Positions 20,101 to 22,467 of a stretch of 22,467 nucleotides of DNA are shown one piece after another. Positions within the stretch are counted from its first letter, which is position 1; each line of letters begins with the position of its first letter. The position numbers were made by a program, and so were the translations under genes. Below the pieces are notes generated by a model. The model saw nothing but the letters and a program-made list of their open reading frames with translations, made no database searches and was not told the DNA's origin. Source of the stretch: Archangiaceae bacterium. Lineage in GTDB: Bacteria; Myxococcota; Myxococcia; Myxococcales; Myxococcaceae. The stretch spans positions 1-22,467 of the forward strand of contig JAYVCD010000416.1 of the NCBI GenBank assembly GCA_043750125.1, in the 5' to 3' direction.

Positions 20101-20297
20101 TACAGAATGAAGGGAGCGGTGTGCCCGAAGACGGGCTCGAGCGTCAATCGCACCTCGGTGGCTGCGGCAACCGCGACGACCGCCGCCAGGTACCGCAGCC
20201 AGCCCGCGCGGGTCGACGGCCGAAACGCAGGTAGAAAGTTCCGGAAGGCCTGGATCAGGCCCCCCTGTTCCCTCAGTGGAGGCGAGGACGCGCTCAT
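17169..20297 (-). CDS. Membrane sensor histidine kinase: DUF4118-like TM domain, about 5 PAS/PAC domains, HisKA and HATPase
   Basis: N-terminal TM segments (PFILYFPAVFFAAWFG.GPGLLAT). PAC ends at DITQRK, EVTEHV, DISRRK, DVTAKR and NIDEQRK. H-box AAHELRTPLT, plus NLVSNAIKY, DRGIGI and GLGLGL. Confidence 0.95.
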   Translation of the reverse strand: MSASSPPLREQGGLIQAFRNFLPAFRPSTRAGWLRYLAAVVAVAAATEVRLTLEPVFGHTAPFILYFPAVFFAAWFGAMGPGLLATALSMLASAYWLLPPIHSLEVSSGEEVVGLFLFGAIGAGFSAVSETLDRSIRLLGAALERDTARQQTLQKWEHAFRQAAWGMAIATTDNHFIEVNAAFAAMHGTSVTDWVGRPMVDMLEGEWKGVLARILREVQQTGHTVYESVHVRKDGSKFPVLAEVTEFKDPSGKVLFRAASFQDITQRKGVELTLELERTRLTRLLEGAPFAVAAYEGPNHLALISNPKHDEMTGGRIVIGRPLTESIPELAGQPVVLSLDEVYRSGVSKSVREFPVQQMRGGMLQEGWYDVTVQAMHDVEGKVSGILSSSIEVTEHVLAQQRVEAARKEMEAAHGLTDTITSNATLGLVMLNAKQHCIFMNPAAEKIFGYTFAEVQALNCPLHDVVHPTRPNGSRYPIEQCPIDRAFPERGRERGEDVFRRKDGTFYPVAFTASPHFENGAPAGTIIEIEDISRRKLAEDLLVASERKFSAVFEHASFAICLVQMPSLIIAAVNAAWVELFEYPKEEAIGKTSVELGMHQDLAGRDHIRRHFERYGSVRNMENRVRTRSGRFLIVSNSLDSIQLDAQSYMLGIFEDVTAKREAEMVLRDNERQFRDLISNLPELAWSAQANGNIDFYNSRWYEYTGTTFEQMEGWGWKSVHDPLLLDSVIERWLLSISTGQSFEMEFPLRGADGAFRWFLTRVRPLRDSSGSVIRWFGINTNIDEQRKVGEERETLVAQLQQTLEVRDEFLAIAAHELRTPLTALQLQIQGAGHLVQKQEGDLAAKVLHKIDAANRHTHRLAQLVENLLDVSRISLGKFPLDSDDLELGSVLRDVLERHQPQARSAGSALRFSAATPVVGRWDRLRLDQLATNLVSNAIKYGRGQPIDIRLQLEGDCAILTVQDRGIGIQPEDLGRIFGRFERAVPTRHFGGLGLGLYITRQIVEAHGGRIEVSSEVGQGSTFKATLPLRGPPASNPAEGRS

Positions 20298-20378
20298 CGC
20301 GCTCCGATGGGCGGAATTGGCGAGTACACGGCCCGATCTTTTACACGTGCCGCGGCGGTTGGGAACCGGGTTCGACGG

Positions 20379-20858
20379 TCAGCGGCGTTTGAGCCGGATG
20401 TAGAGGACCTTCTCGACTTCAGCGACCACATCGCCGGTTTCGTCTTTCACCTGCACTGTAAACCTCGGCTCGACCTTCAGGCCCGAGGCGGCCAGGCTGC
20501 GCAGCTCTTCAATGCGGGATGCCGGCATTTCGAACTTCGCCCGCACGGTGCCGGTGCCCGGCTTCATGAAGCGAATGCTCGCCGTCTTGTCCCACACGAC
20601 GTAGTCGTCGCCCAGCGCCAACAGCACCTGAAAGAGAAAGAACGGATCGCACATCGAATACAGCGAGCCGCCGAAATGGGTGCCGAAGAAGTTTCGATTC
20701 CAAGGGTAGAGCGCCATCTGCACCACGATGGTCGACACATCGGGGGAGACCTCGACGATCCGGATTCCGGCAGCGGCGTAGGGAGGGTAGGCGTTGAGCG
20801 CCAGCAGCGTCCCCCGCCCTCCAAGAAACTTCGAGAAGCGCCGTACCCAGTCCGCCAT
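20379..20858 (-). CDS. DUF4442/PaaI-like hotdog-fold thioesterase
   Basis: LNAYPPY..AGI, NRNFFGTHFGGSLYSMCDPF and YVVWDKTASIRF.KPG. Confidence 0.9.
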   Translation of the reverse strand: MADWVRRFSKFLGGRGTLLALNAYPPYAAAGIRIVEVSPDVSTIVVQMALYPWNRNFFGTHFGGSLYSMCDPFFLFQVLLALGDDYVVWDKTASIRFMKPGTGTVRAKFEMPASRIEELRSLAASGLKVEPRFTVQVKDETGDVVAEVEKVLYIRLKRR

Positions 20859-20890
20859 TCGTTCGTTGTACCAGCGAACGCGCGTGGGCC

Positions 20891-21460
20891 TTAGGACCGC
20901 GGTTTGCCCCAGTGGGGCCCGTTCGGCGCAACCCGGTAGACGAAGAGCGGGGTTCGGTAGAGATCGTCGAGAGTCTGCTCAGACTCGCTCTTCCAGCCGG
21001 GGACAGAGAAGGTATGCGTGATCAGCCTCGAGCCCGGGGACGCTTCGCGCTCGAGCTTGAGCTTCAGGGCTTCCATCGCTCCCCGAAACAGGTAGCAGAC
21101 GAACAGCTGCGCGGGTCCGAGCGAGGCGCTCAAGAAATCGGCGCGCCTCAAGGACAGGTTGAGGCGCGGCCGCAGCCCCTGGCGCACCCGCATCACGGCA
21201 TAGGGGACCCACGAGAGCTCGAACGCGACCACCTGCGCGTGGGGAAAACGGTCGGCCAGCGCGAAGGCCAGCGCGCCCCAGCCGGCTCCCAGCTCGTAGA
21301 TGGGCCCTTCGGTATTTTCGGCGGCGGTGAGCATCGCCTCGCGCTGAAGCCGGCTGCTGGGAATCGGCGAGATGCCGGTGCGAAAGGTGAAATACAGCAG
21401 TGAGGCGCCGGCCAGGAAGACCACGGCCAACGCCAGCCACTGCAAGGGGTGGGACGACAC
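20891..21460 (-). CDS. Membrane-anchored class I SAM-dependent methyltransferase
   Basis: N-terminal TM helix, GISPIPS, motif I YELGAGWG, and CYLF...M..LK.KLE.E..PG..LITHTF. Confidence 0.85.
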   Translation of the reverse strand: MSSHPLQWLALAVVFLAGASLLYFTFRTGISPIPSSRLQREAMLTAAENTEGPIYELGAGWGALAFALADRFPHAQVVAFELSWVPYAVMRVRQGLRPRLNLSLRRADFLSASLGPAQLFVCYLFRGAMEALKLKLEREASPGSRLITHTFSVPGWKSESEQTLDDLYRTPLFVYRVAPNGPHWGKPRS

Positions 21461-21465
21461 CTGGG

Positions 21466-22164
21466 TCAGGCGAGGTCGAATACCAGCACTTCGCCCGCCT
21501 CGATTCCCTCGACCTCGACCTTCGGCTCGCCCGAGATCGCGACCGCGTCGCCCGCTTCGAGCGCGGTGCCGTTGACCTTGACCTTCCCCCGGGCGACGTG
21601 AACCCAGGCGTGGCGATGGTCGGCGAGGGTCAACTCGGCCCGGTCGCCCTGGCCGAACAGGCCGGCGTAGAGCGAAACGTCTTGATGCAGGGTCACGCTT
21701 CCGTCGCGGGCATCTTTCGACCCCACCAGCTTCAAGCGGCCCTGCTTCTCTTCGGCGGGGAACATCTTCTGCTCGTAGCTGGGGGGCAGGCTCTTCTGGT
21801 CAGGTTCGATCCAGATCTGCAGCAGGTGGACAGGAATGGAAGGCGACGCATTGGCTTCGCTGTGGCGCACCCCGGTTCCCGCGCTCATCCGCTGCACTTC
21901 GCCCGGTCGAATCAGCCCGGTGTTCCCCATCGAGTCTTTGTGCTCGAGCGCGCCATCGAGGACGTAGGTCAGGATTTCCATGTCGCGGTGGGGGTGGGTC
22001 GAAAAACCGCCTCCCCCGTCGACGCGGTCATCGTTGATCACCCGCAGCGAACGAAAGCCCATGTGTGACGGGTCGTAGTAGTCGGCGAAGGAAAAGGTGT
22101 GGCGGCTGTCGAGCCAGCCATGGTTGGCGTGGCCGCGTTCGTTGGCTTTGCGAAGGGTAAGCAT
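21466..22164 (-). CDS. yhhW: Pirin family protein (YhhW/quercetin 2,3-dioxygenase-like)
   Basis: RGHANHGWLDSRHTFSFADYYDP, HPHRDMEI, HKDSMGN, MSAGTGVRHSE and LLQIWI. Confidence 0.95.
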   Translation of the reverse strand: MLTLRKANERGHANHGWLDSRHTFSFADYYDPSHMGFRSLRVINDDRVDGGGGFSTHPHRDMEILTYVLDGALEHKDSMGNTGLIRPGEVQRMSAGTGVRHSEANASPSIPVHLLQIWIEPDQKSLPPSYEQKMFPAEEKQGRLKLVGSKDARDGSVTLHQDVSLYAGLFGQGDRAELTLADHRHAWVHVARGKVKVNGTALEAGDAVAISGEPKVEVEGIEAGEVLVFDLA

Positions 22165-22291
22165 GTGCTTCTCCGAGAGTGAGCTTGAAATCTAAGTAGG
22201 CAGGCCACCCCGACAAGTGGGCCAATGGTAGACGCACTGTCCCGCTCACGGGTCATATGATTTCTGACCGGAAGCGACGTAAAGAGCGCCC

Positions 22292-22467
22292 ATGAGACTC
22301 GTCCTGACCGTGGTCGCGGCTTTGGGTTTGTCGGCGTGTTCGGGGGGCGGCGTCCCCGATGCGGGGGCCGGAGGCGGCGGTGTGGGCGGGTCCGGAGGAA
22401 CGGGCGGCACGGGAGGAAGCGGCGGGGCGGGCGGGGGAACGGCGGGCGGCGCGGGCGGCGCGGGCGG
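22292..22467 (+). CDS. 5' end of a lipoprotein with a Gly-rich linker, running off the window
   Basis: MRLVLTVVAALGLSA-C lipobox followed by GGS/GGT/GGA low-complexity repeats. Not in the ORF track because no stop falls inside the window. Confidence 0.8.
   Translation, partial: MRLVLTVVAALGLSACSGGGVPDAGAGGGGVGGSGGTGGTGGSGGAGGGTAGGAGGAG

Noticed and set aside
22340-22467. GGC-rich tandem repeat or CRISPR-like array
   Set aside because: It is the coding Gly-rich linker of a lipoprotein and has no repeat-spacer structure.

Overview
GC-rich bacterial DNA. The Cys-rich and Gly-rich lipoproteins suggest a myxobacterium, but that is an inference. From left to right: the 3' end of an unknown gene, a Cys-rich lipoprotein coupled to an acyl-CoA fatty acid desaturase, and an NAD-linked formate dehydrogenase system. 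The FDH catalytic subunit is a selenoprotein (in-frame TGA at 1792 plus an fdhF-like SECIS), and its N-terminal Fe-S module is a separate gene downstream of a NuoE-NuoF fusion. Two opposite-strand genes interrupt the FDH cluster. Next come a LysR regulator with a divergent MBL-fold gene carrying a premature TAG, and a three-gene eutB-eutC-eutL unit: ethanolamine ammonia-lyase with an apparent encapsulation peptide and a single BMC shell protein. The rest is a ~730 bp structured intergenic region, pyruvate carboxylase, a multi-PAS histidine kinase with a response regulator, a DUF4442 thioesterase-like gene, a methyltransferase, a pirin and the start of a Gly-rich lipoprotein. No RNA genes, CRISPR arrays or intact mobile elements were seen.
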